NCBI GenBank assembly: GCA_040904565.1 | Contig: JBBDTI010000049.1 | Coordinates: 1-35,122, forward strand | Source: Rhodothermales bacterium | GTDB taxonomy: Bacteria > Bacteroidota > Rhodothermia > Rhodothermales > VXPQ01 | Length of the DNA stretch: 35,122 bases | Direction of reading: 5' to 3' | Shown: positions 1 to 8,877 of the stretch, piece by piece | How the letters are laid out: each line of letters opens with the position of its first letter | Position numbering within the stretch: position 1 is the stretch's first letter | Position numbers and translations under genes: made by a program | Notes under the pieces: generated by a model | What the model saw: the letters and a program-made list of their open reading frames with translations, nothing else | Databases searched by the model: none | Told to the model about the DNA's origin: nothing

Positions 1-777
1 GGACAGCAGATTCCAGGCTGGATGTCGTCGCACCCGGACCCCGGTGAGCGGGAAGAAACCATTCGCCAGCTGGCGTCGGAGTGGCAGACCCGCGTCGAGA
101 TGACCCGAATCGAGCAGGATGACCTGTATGACCGGCTGGACGGTATCGTGCTTGGGGACAACCCGCGCCAGGGCTTCGTCGAAAACGGCGTTTTCTATCA
201 CCCCGATCTTCGCTTCCAGTTTCCCGTCCCGTCTGGATTCTCCGTCATCAATCAGCCGACGCAGGTAGTCCTGGTCGAGAATGAGGAGCGGGCGGTGCAG
301 ATCTTCTCGTTTTCAGATGCTGCCACGCCGCGGGCCGCGGTCGAAGAGTTTCTACGTCAGGAGGGTATCCAGCGCGTGGACGCGGGGCCTGCGAGCAGCA
401 ACGGGCTCGTGGCGCATTACGCGGTCGCGGATGCGCAAACCGAACAGGGACAGACCGTTCGCCTGTTCGTCTATTACGTATCGTACGACGAGCAAGTATA
501 TGGATTTATTGGGTATACGCTGCAAGACGCCTTCGCGACGTACGAGAGCGCTTTCCGTAGTACGGCCGCGGGTTTTGCGCAACTCACCGATTCGCGCATC
601 CTGAATATCGATCCCGCGCGGATCGCTGTCGGACCCGCGGGTCGTGCCGCACCCTTCCAAGTCTTCGTGTCCTCGGAGCTGCCCTTCGAACTGACGCCGG
701 AAGATCTCGCGATCATAAATCAGGTCGAGCTGCGACAACCCATCGAAGCCGGACGCTTGCTCAAACTGGCGCAATAG
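1..777 (+). CDS. M48 family metalloprotease, C-terminal part (5' truncated by window edge)
   Basis: Frame is open from base 1 (GQQIPGWMSSHPDPGER), containing the SxHP motif of M48 peptidases. Followed by LDGIVLGDNPRQG..FYHPDLRFQF and a LysM-like tail (LAIINQV..PIEAGRLLKL). Confidence 0.8.
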   Translation, partial: GQQIPGWMSSHPDPGEREETIRQLASEWQTRVEMTRIEQDDLYDRLDGIVLGDNPRQGFVENGVFYHPDLRFQFPVPSGFSVINQPTQVVLVENEERAVQIFSFSDAATPRAAVEEFLRQEGIQRVDAGPASSNGLVAHYAVADAQTEQGQTVRLFVYYVSYDEQVYGFIGYTLQDAFATYESAFRSTAAGFAQLTDSRILNIDPARIAVGPAGRAAPFQVFVSSELPFELTPEDLAIINQVELRQPIEAGRLLKLAQ

Positions 778-779
778 GC

Positions 780-812
780 ACGTTTAGTATAAGTCTATTA
801 TAATTAAAACGT
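780..812. terminator. AT-rich imperfect inverted repeat between convergent genes, possible bidirectional terminator
   Basis: acgtttagtataa-gtcta-ttataattaaaacgt fills the 37-bp gap between two convergent stop codons. The stem is weak and AT-rich. Confidence 0.35.
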
Positions 813-814
813 TA

Positions 815-1252
815 TTAGGTCATCTGAGGTCCTTTCTCATCGTCCTCCGAAGGCGGGATGATGGTTGCCTCGCCACCCATGGCGATGCGGTCTTCGTGGT
901 AGATGTAGACGCGGCCTTTTACGTGCTTATGCTTCTCCACCTTTTCGCTGATCTTGATTTCGACGGTGATTTCCGAGCCGACGGGCACGGGGCGTAAGAA
1001 ACGGCAGGAGATGGCGACGGCAATGCTTCCCGCGCCCGGGAAGTCTCGGCCCAGGACCTTGGAAATGATGCCCAGGAGCAGGACGCCGTGTACGATGGGT
1101 TTTCCGAAGCGGGTCGAACGGGCATATTCCTCATCTACGTGAATCGGGTTATCATCGCCCGTCAGGTCTGCGAACGTCCGTACGTCTTCAGCCGAAAGAA
1201 AGCGCGTGGTTGAGAACGAATCACCAATCTGTATGCTCTCGTACGTGTTCAT
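815..1252 (-). CDS. MaoC/PhaJ-like hotdog-fold (R)-enoyl-CoA hydratase/dehydratase
   Basis: FADLTGDDNPIH hydratase motif, PIVHGVLL and FLRPVPVG. Start placed at MNTYES (1252) rather than at the longer ORF start. Confidence 0.9.
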   Translation of the reverse strand: MNTYESIQIGDSFSTTRFLSAEDVRTFADLTGDDNPIHVDEEYARSTRFGKPIVHGVLLLGIISKVLGRDFPGAGSIAVAISCRFLRPVPVGSEITVEIKISEKVEKHKHVKGRVYIYHEDRIAMGGEATIIPPSEDDEKGPQMT

Positions 1253-1260
1253 CGCTGCGG

Positions 1261-1299
1261 ACTGTGGTGTGATACTGTGGGGTGATATCGTGGTAGGAT
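1261..1299. repeat. Three tandem 13-bp direct repeats upstream of the MaoC gene
   Basis: actgtggtgtgat / actgtggggtgat / atcgtggtaggat, read directly from the sequence. Confidence 0.7.
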
Positions 1300-1546
1300 A
1301 GAGCTTTCTAATAAACGAACCTCCCATGAGAATCGAAACCAGCGCAGGGTAGACACGGCATTCAGCGTGCCGGAACATCCACTCCAACCTCTTGTTTTCG
1401 TCCGTCCTTCACGGGGTCGATGCCTGCGGCGCCGCCTCATTCAGGCGGCATGCCTCGAGGGGTATGGTGTAGGCGTCGAACTTCAGGAGTCTGAGGCGGG
1501 TCCGGTAAGCAAGACGCAAAGGTGTAGGGTTTCCGGTTGAGCAACC

Positions 1547-2938
1547 ATGTCTCGCGACAAGCGCATTCTCCTCTTTGCACCGTACTTCCTACCGCGCCGG
1601 CGCGTCGGATCCATGCGTCCGTTTCGATTTGCCATTCATCTGCGGGAGCATGGATGGGATCCGACCGTCCTGACGATCGCGACGCCGGACCAGACGCTGA
1701 CGAAAAAGGAAGCGGATCTCCTGAATGGGGTTGCTATACGGACGGTGGACGCTCCGATGGACCGGACGACGAAGTCGGAGAGCCAGCTGGGGGCGGCATC
1801 TACCCCGCGATCGACGCGAGATGCAACCATCCTCGCGCGGCTCCTGAACACGATCGATCGGCAGTTCCCCGTCGATACGTGGTTGATATTGTTTGCTCTT
1901 CGATTTCGATCGATGGTTCGTCAGGTTCGGGAGGTCGACCCGCACGTACTCTGGGCGACGGGGGACCCGTGGTCCGGCCTCGTCGTCGGGCGCCGGCTCA
2001 GCCGGCGACTTCAGATACCGTACATCGCGGATTTCCGCGATCCGTGGACCCTCTCGGACGTCAGAACGGATGGACAATGGGACCTTTCGAGACGGGTGGA
2101 CCGCCGGTCCGAGCGGAGGGTGATTGCGTCGGCCGATCTGGTGATGTTTCAGGCCGAGCAGGTCGAGGCCATGTATCGAGCGCACTACGCGGACCTGGCG
2201 CCGCGGACGAAGACGATTCGAAACAGCTTCGACCCGTTGATCTTCGACGATCCGGTGTACGTGCCGGGGCAGGCGGCGCCTGAGGGGGGGATCCGGGTTG
2301 CGTCGCACACATCAGGTGATGGCACACGAGATGAAGGGGACGCTCGAAGAGATCTTCATATCGGATTTTTCGGACGCTTTCGTGAGATGTCACCTGCAAC
2401 GCTCATGATCGATGTCCTGTCGGACCTTCGCCGCCGGCACGGCTCTGCGTCGGGAAGCGTATTCGTCCACTCCTTCGGCCCGCTGAGCGCCGCCGATGCA
2501 GCATACGCCCGGTCGCTGGGCGTCGAAGATCTCTTTGTGGCACACAACGCCGTGCCTCTCCAGCAGTCCCTGTCGGTGTTGCGGCGCTTCGATCTTCTGC
2601 TCGTCAGCACCGAGCCTCGCCGCCGCCATATCATTCCGGCGAAGCTGTTCGAATACCTCCCGGCAGGTCGCCCCATTCTGTCCCTCTCCCGGAATCCGGA
2701 GGTGGACGGGATCCTGCGTCGCACCGGAACCGGCGTTCAGATGCTGGACCGTCACGCCGTGGCGGACCTGCTGGCCTCCTGTCTGGACGCTCTGGCGAAG
2801 GGGGAGGCGCTGCCCGTACCCTACGAGCCGGATGGCAGCGAGATCATGAAATATGACGCCGCCACGAGCACGGCTGAACTCTCCCGCGTCTGCGACGAAC
2901 TGCTTGCGTCGTCTGGGGCAGGCTCGTCAGCCGGGTAG
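1547..2938 (+). CDS. GT-B fold glycosyltransferase (GT4-like)
   Basis: N-terminal ILLFAPYFLP..VGSMR..HLREHGWDPTVLT, DFRDPW motif and C-terminal IPAKLFEYLPAGRPIL. Confidence 0.85.
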   Translation: MSRDKRILLFAPYFLPRRRVGSMRPFRFAIHLREHGWDPTVLTIATPDQTLTKKEADLLNGVAIRTVDAPMDRTTKSESQLGAASTPRSTRDATILARLLNTIDRQFPVDTWLILFALRFRSMVRQVREVDPHVLWATGDPWSGLVVGRRLSRRLQIPYIADFRDPWTLSDVRTDGQWDLSRRVDRRSERRVIASADLVMFQAEQVEAMYRAHYADLAPRTKTIRNSFDPLIFDDPVYVPGQAAPEGGIRVASHTSGDGTRDEGDARRDLHIGFFGRFREMSPATLMIDVLSDLRRRHGSASGSVFVHSFGPLSAADAAYARSLGVEDLFVAHNAVPLQQSLSVLRRFDLLLVSTEPRRRHIIPAKLFEYLPAGRPILSLSRNPEVDGILRRTGTGVQMLDRHAVADLLASCLDALAKGEALPVPYEPDGSEIMKYDAATSTAELSRVCDELLASSGAGSSAG

Positions 2939-4572
2939 ACGAACCGGTCGAGCATATGGCCATAGTCCGCGCTGCCGGGATCCGAGTCGTAGTGCCACTC
3001 CCACTGCTGAATCTCAATGCGCCGGATTCTATCGGGCTCCGCCGCGTGCCGATTCCACCGTTCTATGACGACGTCGAGGAACGCCTGCGTCTGATGCGAC
3101 TCGACCGGGTTGAACGCTCGGGCCAGTACCCGGCGAAATCGACCGTCCGACATCGCAGGCACGCTCTTCTCGATCGGTGCGCGTATGACGTCGCCCGAAT
3201 GAAGGTGCGCCAGAACCCGCTCGTAGACCACGGGCTCTGACCGTTTCTGGGAGAACATCTGCATGCCGGTAAACGGATAAAACTCCACGCGGAAGACCCA
3301 GCACGCCGTCACGACCACGACGACCGCCACGGTCAGGCGGCGTCCCGGATCCGCGCTTCGGGTCGGCGCCGGGCGATGGGGGGCAGCGGTGAAGAATCCA
3401 CGGCTCCGGAGTCCGGCCCCGATCTGCGCGAGAAGCCGGTCGAGCACCAGGATTCGATCGGAAGCCGCGCTCAGGATGGGCCGGAAGTTAAGATAAATGA
3501 GCTGCAGCAGTATGAGGTCGAAAAACAGAATATTCTGCAGCAGCAGGATGCCGACGTGCATCAAGAGCATCAGGACGGGCATGACCCACCTGGCCTTTCT
3601 CGAGAACAGTACGAGTCCGTATAGCAGCTCTCCCACGAGGGCGGAAAGCGCGAGCGCCTCGAACAACCAGGGCGGTGCCGTGGCGAGCTCCAGCGAGATG
3701 CTGAAGTCGAACTCCATGGGCCGAAGGGTGCTCTGAAACAGGATGAACTTGAAATTAGAGGCATCCCACCACGTAAGACCGCCATTGCGCAGCTTGCTGA
3801 GTCCGGCAGCGACGTAGGGCAGCGCCATGGTTGTCCACACGGCATAGCGAGCCCATCCAAAGCGGCGCGACGGTACGTCCGGCTCGACGGCCTCGCCACG
3901 TCTTCGCTGCCGGATCCGATCGATCGAAAGGCCGCGTCCGGAAGGCAGAAACGCAAGAACGGCCTGAAGGTAGAGTGCGAGAAGGCCCGTATGATAGAAC
4001 CAGGCGTACTGGCGGAGCCATCCCCCTAGAATGAGATACATCACGGCTCCAAACGGTACCGTCCACCGCGCCTTCCACCCGATCGCGCTGAGGAACAGGA
4101 CGAGAGCCGTGAACCACTTGAGAAACGTGAGAGCGCCTGCGGAGGCTGCAACGCTCTCGTAGCCGGGCAGGAGGGCGAGCAGGTGCATCACGCCGAGCGG
4201 CTGCATCATCTCCGCCGGCAGCGCTGCCGTACTGGCCGGATCTTCCCAGAGCGTACTGATGAGCAGGGTCGAGGAAACGAGCGCACGAATGGCCCCCAGG
4301 TCGGAGGGACGCGCATCCGGTACGATGCGTGCGGAAAAATCGGGCGACTTGAGCCCACGCACGAAAACGTAGCCCGCCGTTCCCGCGGCGAAGCCGTACA
4401 CGACGATACCGTACCACTCCCCCAGGAAAAAGCCAAGCGGACGATTCGAGATCGCCGGGATCAGTCCGGAGGCGTGGATCCACTCGAGGAGCGGCGGAAC
4501 CGCGGCGAACCCGGCTACCAGCCAGGCGATCGCAGACGCCGCGTACACATGCCATCCGGAGCGAGCGGACAT
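2821..4572 (-). CDS. HTTM-like (VKGC/SdpB-related) polytopic membrane protein with fused C-terminal extracytoplasmic domain
   Basis: Many hydrophobic segments. Motifs WFYH, LSID, YVAAGLSKLRNGGLTWW, GELL, MHVGILLLQNILFF and EFYPFTGMQMFSQ. Confidence 0.7.
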   Translation of the reverse strand: MSARSGWHVYAASAIAWLVAGFAAVPPLLEWIHASGLIPAISNRPLGFFLGEWYGIVVYGFAAGTAGYVFVRGLKSPDFSARIVPDARPSDLGAIRALVSSTLLISTLWEDPASTAALPAEMMQPLGVMHLLALLPGYESVAASAGALTFLKWFTALVLFLSAIGWKARWTVPFGAVMYLILGGWLRQYAWFYHTGLLALYLQAVLAFLPSGRGLSIDRIRQRRRGEAVEPDVPSRRFGWARYAVWTTMALPYVAAGLSKLRNGGLTWWDASNFKFILFQSTLRPMEFDFSISLELATAPPWLFEALALSALVGELLYGLVLFSRKARWVMPVLMLLMHVGILLLQNILFFDLILLQLIYLNFRPILSAASDRILVLDRLLAQIGAGLRSRGFFTAAPHRPAPTRSADPGRRLTVAVVVVVTACWVFRVEFYPFTGMQMFSQKRSEPVVYERVLAHLHSGDVIRAPIEKSVPAMSDGRFRRVLARAFNPVESHQTQAFLDVVIERWNRHAAEPDRIRRIEIQQWEWHYDSDPGSADYGHMLDRFVYPADEPAPDDASSSSQTRESSAVLVAASYFMISLPSGS

Positions 4573-4587
4573 ATAGGTCCCCGGTTG

Positions 4588-5340
4588 CTACGATTCCTTC
4601 TGAAATACGGCGACGATGTGCGCGCCGCGCCGCGGTGACACGTCGCTCGTGAAACGGTCGTGGAGACCGAGCAAGACGTGTTTGAACGGCCCGAAGTTCA
4701 GGTTCACGTAGCGATTGGCCAGCAGTTTCGAAACAATCTGATAGAGGAGATTTCGGCGTGCCGTAACGTAGTGAACCTCTCGTACGGTGTAATCGGGGAA
4801 GTAGGACGCGAGAAGGTCCAGGTCGTAGTGCCGGAAATGCTTCTCGATCACCGGTCGGACCGTCGAGGGCACCGAGACGATCAGGTGTCCGCCCACCACG
4901 AGGAGACGGTCGATCTCCGAGCAGAACGCGTGGATATCCGCGTCAGGTATGTGCTCGAAGGTCTCGACGGTTGTGATAAGATCGAAGGAGGCGTCGTACC
5001 TAGCGAGATCCTTCTCGAGAAACTGCACGTCAGGCAGGTCGTGCCCGAATGCCTTTGCGAACTGTATCGCCTTGCCGTCCACGTCGATGCCTACGGCCTG
5101 CCGTCCGGTCAGGAGATCCGTGTGGCGCGCCAGATGATTGAGCAGGTACCCGTCGCCGCATCCTACATCGAGCACGCCCTTCCCGATATACTTCGCAACG
5201 AGCTCCATGACCTTTTTCATGTAGGTCAGGTAGTCGAGTCCCCAGTCCAGATTGCGAACGAAATCTTCTCGTTCGAGATCGACGAGATAGTGGTAGGGGA
5301 ACCGGTACTGTGCCGCCTGGATGTCGGTCTTATCTCTCAT
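4588..5340 (-). CDS. Class I SAM-dependent methyltransferase
   Basis: Motif I VLDVGCGDG, GID, FDLITTVETFEHI and GGHLIVSVP. Confidence 0.9.
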   Translation of the reverse strand: MRDKTDIQAAQYRFPYHYLVDLEREDFVRNLDWGLDYLTYMKKVMELVAKYIGKGVLDVGCGDGYLLNHLARHTDLLTGRQAVGIDVDGKAIQFAKAFGHDLPDVQFLEKDLARYDASFDLITTVETFEHIPDADIHAFCSEIDRLLVVGGHLIVSVPSTVRPVIEKHFRHYDLDLLASYFPDYTVREVHYVTARRNLLYQIVSKLLANRYVNLNFGPFKHVLLGLHDRFTSDVSPRRGAHIVAVFQKES

Positions 5341-5362
5341 GCGTACGACGTGCTGCGTGGGG

Positions 5363-6253
5363 TCAGGTATAACGGATACTGACGCGTTCGATGCCGTGCA
5401 TCCAGGGCTGGCGCGCCGTCAGGGCGTCGAGCCATGCCGCCCAGGGCAAGGCCAGCAGTACGAGCTCGTAGACGGCCAACGTGAAGAAAATATTCATCAC
5501 GAGATAGATGCCGATGTGTAATGCGATGACGGCCAGAAGGGCCGGCGTGCGCGTCCGCTTCCACCAGGCGAGAAAGGCAAACAGCTCCGTCAGGAGTCCG
5601 ACCGTAAGAAATGCCGTGGCCGTACCCTGTCCGCTCAACACCAGCTCCTGTAGGACATTGAGGTCGTACGTGCCCGTCTTCGCCAGGTTGTCGACGCTCT
5701 TCTCATAGACCCACAGCCAGAGATGCCGGCCGTCCGACCAGTTTAACCCCGTTCCTATCAACTTGGAAATGCCGGCGAGCGTGTAGCCGAGTCCGACGAA
5801 GAAGTACGTGAACCCGAGCGTAAAGCGCCGCCGGTGCAGTCCGTCTCGGAAGACCAGCAAGGCGATGGCGAGGCCGAGGAGCGTCATCCCAAGCATGTTC
5901 GAGCTATGGGGGATCTCTCCGAGTGAAAACCGCGCGGCATACTGCAGATGAAGGAGCAAAAACGCGCCGAGGTAGGCCCCTCTCCACAGCCGGAAAAACC
6001 CGATGACGACAAGCACCGTGATCGCTCCGGCATTGGCCAGCGGAAGCCGGCCGTCGAACATGAAGCTCACGTCGACGTAGCGAGCCATCCCGAGCGGAAG
6101 CACGACGTCAGAGATGCGCAGCGTATACAGGCCCCATTCCCACGCGAGCTTGACGGAGGCCAGGGCGACGAACAGCTCGAAGATCTTAAAAAATATCGCT
6201 TCGCCCGCCGACGGCTTGCGCTCGTAGTCGAAAAGATTGTCAAGCAGTTCCAT
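5363..6253 (-). CDS. HTTM-like membrane protein (transmembrane half only)
   Basis: Motifs EIPH, YTLAGISKLIGTGLNWSDG, TELF and LHIGIYLVMNIFF occur in the same order as in the 583-aa protein. Confidence 0.7.
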   Translation of the reverse strand: MELLDNLFDYERKPSAGEAIFFKIFELFVALASVKLAWEWGLYTLRISDVVLPLGMARYVDVSFMFDGRLPLANAGAITVLVVIGFFRLWRGAYLGAFLLLHLQYAARFSLGEIPHSSNMLGMTLLGLAIALLVFRDGLHRRRFTLGFTYFFVGLGYTLAGISKLIGTGLNWSDGRHLWLWVYEKSVDNLAKTGTYDLNVLQELVLSGQGTATAFLTVGLLTELFAFLAWWKRTRTPALLAVIALHIGIYLVMNIFFTLAVYELVLLALPWAAWLDALTARQPWMHGIERVSIRYT

Positions 6254-6265
6254 ACACTCGACCGG

Positions 6266-6733
6266 TCAACGGGGCAGGTGGTCGCTAGACATCGTTTCGT
6301 CGTGCGTCAGCAGGACGTACGGCTCGAAGGAAAGAATCACCAAATCTGACGCGGAAATTCGGCCGCGGGCTCGCAAGACGAGCAGATGACGCCGGTCCAG
6401 CTCGTCCTCACCGAACATCTTGCGGAGCGCGGCGAGGCGGTCGTCATCCCATATTTCCGTCTTGGATACGAAGTTGGCCAGGTCGATGTGGTCGATCCCG
6501 TGTTGCGCCAGCGGATAGGGATCCCCGGGGAGATGCTCTAGACGGGTGGACTCCCACCGCACGCTGTCGTCCGGAACCTCGCGTACGACGGCTCGGGACC
6601 AGGGGATACCGCCCTGAGAGAACATGGGATAGATGCTAAACGGCCAGAACTCACCCAGATTCGTCGCTACGAGAAAGGCATAAACCAGGAGCGTGCCGAG
6701 CAGCACACGTAGGGACTTCTTCTGGCGGGTCAC
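6266..6733 (-). CDS. Membrane-anchored ~155-aa protein, probable partner (C-terminal half) of the HTTM protein
   Basis: 3' part of ORF 6266..7615, with probable GTG start (MTRQKKSLRVLLGTLLVYAFLVAT). One TM helix, then EFWPFSIYPMFSQ. Ends 12 bp before the next gene. Confidence 0.7.
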   Translation of the reverse strand: MTRQKKSLRVLLGTLLVYAFLVATNLGEFWPFSIYPMFSQGGIPWSRAVVREVPDDSVRWESTRLEHLPGDPYPLAQHGIDHIDLANFVSKTEIWDDDRLAALRKMFGEDELDRRHLLVLRARGRISASDLVILSFEPYVLLTHDETMSSDHLPR

Positions 6734-6985
6734 GGGACGTAGCTGGACGATGGCTGCATTTACGATGACGCGTTTACCGCCGCGGCGGTCGGTCACGCCG
6801 GGCGACCGGTGGATCCGGCGCCGTCCGACGCGCTGAACCGTCGTTCTCCTACCTAAGACGAACGTCGACGCTCGAGGTTCAGGCTCCGGATTGACTCGCC
6901 ATTTATTCGTAATGTCTCGTGGACGCGGGTCCGTGTCCGGCCCGCTACCTTCTCCACGTGCTTGATTCACGCCTATCCATCCTAT

Positions 6986-8008
6986 ATGAACGTACGCGAG
7001 ATACGAAAACGCTGGAGCGACTTCACTTCGACGCGGCAGGGTGAGCGCCTGGTGAAGGGAATGCGGGCGCTCTTTCTGGCGGTCATTGTAGGCGTGCTGC
7101 TCTATCAGGTGTCCGGCATCGGATGGAGCCGCGTCCTGTCGTCCCTGCCGACGCAGCCCGCGTTCTACCTCCTCGTCCTCGCCATGTACTTCGTGCTGCC
7201 GGTAACGGAGTCGCTGATCTACGGACGGCTGTGGGGGCTGAGGCCGATGGAGTGTCTCGGCGTCATGATTCGCAAGCGGGTTTTGAATGTGGATGTCGTC
7301 GGATATTCCGGGGAGGTCTACCTCGTCCTCTGGGCTAAAACGCGCGTACGCGAGGGTACGGCGTTCGTTGTAGGCACGGTGAAGGACAACCTGATCGTCT
7401 CCGCCGCCTCGTCCCTGATCGCGGCCGCCATGCTCATCGGCATCCTGCTCGCTGCCGGACAGATTCCGCTTGCCGATGTTGTCGATGTGCCAAGCCCATT
7501 CTACGTGAGCCTGGGTGCCATCGCCGCCGTGTTCCTGGGTGTCGTCGTCTATCGATTTCGACACGTCATCTTCTCTCTCTCCCGCCGTACGCTCGCCGCC
7601 CTGTCGGCCGCCCACGTCGTACGGTTTTTCGTCGGATACGTGCTACAGGTCGCGGCCTGGTGGATCGTCATCCCGACAGCCTCGTTCCAGACATGGGCCA
7701 TCCTCCTCGTTCTGTTCGTCGTCATTAATCGCATTCCCTTCTTGCCGTCAAGCGACCTGGTCTTCGTGAGTGCCGGAGCGGGATTGACGCCTTTGCTCGA
7801 CGTACCCGTGGCGCCCGTCGTAAGCATGCTGCTGGTTCGAAGTGCCGCCGACCGTCTGTTGAACCTCGTTTTCTTCACTTCGAGTGTATGGTTGGAACGT
7901 CATGCGATGTCTACCACAGAGGATGAAGAAGTGGACGCTCGAGCCATCCAACAGGAGCTGGAAGGCGTTGGCAGCGTGGACGCGCCTCCGGATGATTTGA
8001 ATAGTTGA
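6986..8008 (+). CDS. UPF0104 / lysylphosphatidylglycerol-synthase-TM (flippase-like) membrane protein
   Basis: About 8 hydrophobic helices, LN..VGYSGEVY motif resembling the family N...GE signature, late RIPFLPS and R..D elements. Start at ATG 6986. Confidence 0.6.
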   Translation: MNVREIRKRWSDFTSTRQGERLVKGMRALFLAVIVGVLLYQVSGIGWSRVLSSLPTQPAFYLLVLAMYFVLPVTESLIYGRLWGLRPMECLGVMIRKRVLNVDVVGYSGEVYLVLWAKTRVREGTAFVVGTVKDNLIVSAASSLIAAAMLIGILLAAGQIPLADVVDVPSPFYVSLGAIAAVFLGVVVYRFRHVIFSLSRRTLAALSAAHVVRFFVGYVLQVAAWWIVIPTASFQTWAILLVLFVVINRIPFLPSSDLVFVSAGAGLTPLLDVPVAPVVSMLLVRSAADRLLNLVFFTSSVWLERHAMSTTEDEEVDARAIQQELEGVGSVDAPPDDLNS

Positions 8009-8095
8009 TCAACACGGTGACCTTGGCATCGAACTTGTTTCTCGTAGTATCCTCAGGTTGCGCCATTCGATAGGCCGTGATTACAGGACCTGGTT

Positions 8096-8797
8096 ATGAA
8101 GTCGTTATTCGTCCTTTGTTTGCTATTTCTGACGATGGAGCCGAATGGCTCGACGTATCCTTGGGGGGACAGCTCCGTCGTCGTAGCCGACTTCGAGGGC
8201 GATACGCCGGGAGCTTTGCCTTCCGGATGGGGATATCTTTCGAGCCGAAATCGTCGCTTCCAGTCGGCCGTGGCCGTAATGGATCCGAATCAGAAATTCG
8301 AAGTGCACGCGGAAGAGGGAAACCGCTTCGTACGCGCCTATACGAAGGGCGAAGCCCAGCGTATTTCTCTGCGCGCTGAGGCGCTGGACTGGAAATTGTC
8401 GGAGTATCCGCGCCTGCGGTGGTCGTGGCGGGCCCTTCGTCTACCGGAAGGAGCACGAGAGGATCGCGTCAACGATTCGGGAGGTGCCATCTACGTATCG
8501 TTTTCGAAGACGGATTGGTTGGGCCGGCCGCTGAGCATCAAATATACGTACAGCTCCACGCTGCCCGTAGGCACGGTCGTTTCTACGGGGAACGTCAAGA
8601 TCATCGTGGCGTCAAGCGGCCTGAACGGCATCGGCAGCTGGCTAACGGTAGATCGAAATGTGGTAGATGATTATCGGAGGGTTTTTGGGTCCGATCCGCC
8701 CGACGAACCGTTTACCATCACGCTGTGGAGCGACTCGGACAATACCGGTTCGATAGGGGAAGTCGATTTCGATGATATAGAGATCGTGACGGAGTGA
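8096..8797 (+). CDS. DUF3047 domain secreted/periplasmic protein
   Basis: Signal-peptide-like N-terminus. YPRLRWSWR, ND.GGAIYVSF, IKYTYSS, W..VDRNVVDDYRRVFG and SDSDNTG motifs. Confidence 0.8.
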   Translation: MKSLFVLCLLFLTMEPNGSTYPWGDSSVVVADFEGDTPGALPSGWGYLSSRNRRFQSAVAVMDPNQKFEVHAEEGNRFVRAYTKGEAQRISLRAEALDWKLSEYPRLRWSWRALRLPEGAREDRVNDSGGAIYVSFSKTDWLGRPLSIKYTYSSTLPVGTVVSTGNVKIIVASSGLNGIGSWLTVDRNVVDDYRRVFGSDPPDEPFTITLWSDSDNTGSIGEVDFDDIEIVTE

Positions 8798-8877
8798 GGA
8801 TTGGGATCGCCGAACGGATGCGCCGTACACGCAGCCTTCGACCGGCGCATAACGCAAGAGCTAGATAGACGAGCGAG

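Noticed and set aside
3340-3490. Possible DCC1-like thiol-disulfide domain in the linker of the fused HTTM protein
   Set aside because: No DxxCxxC motif is present; the segment is a short Arg/Pro/Ala-rich linker.
2821-6733. SdpABC-type peptide toxin (RiPP) locus
   Set aside because: No SdpC-like precursor or immunity gene is visible nearby; the context is glycosyltransferases and lipid transport.
6734-7615. N-terminal 294 aa of the 449-aa minus-strand ORF
   Set aside because: Antisense shadow of the flippase-like gene plus the intergenic region. Only the last ~155 codons look protein-like.
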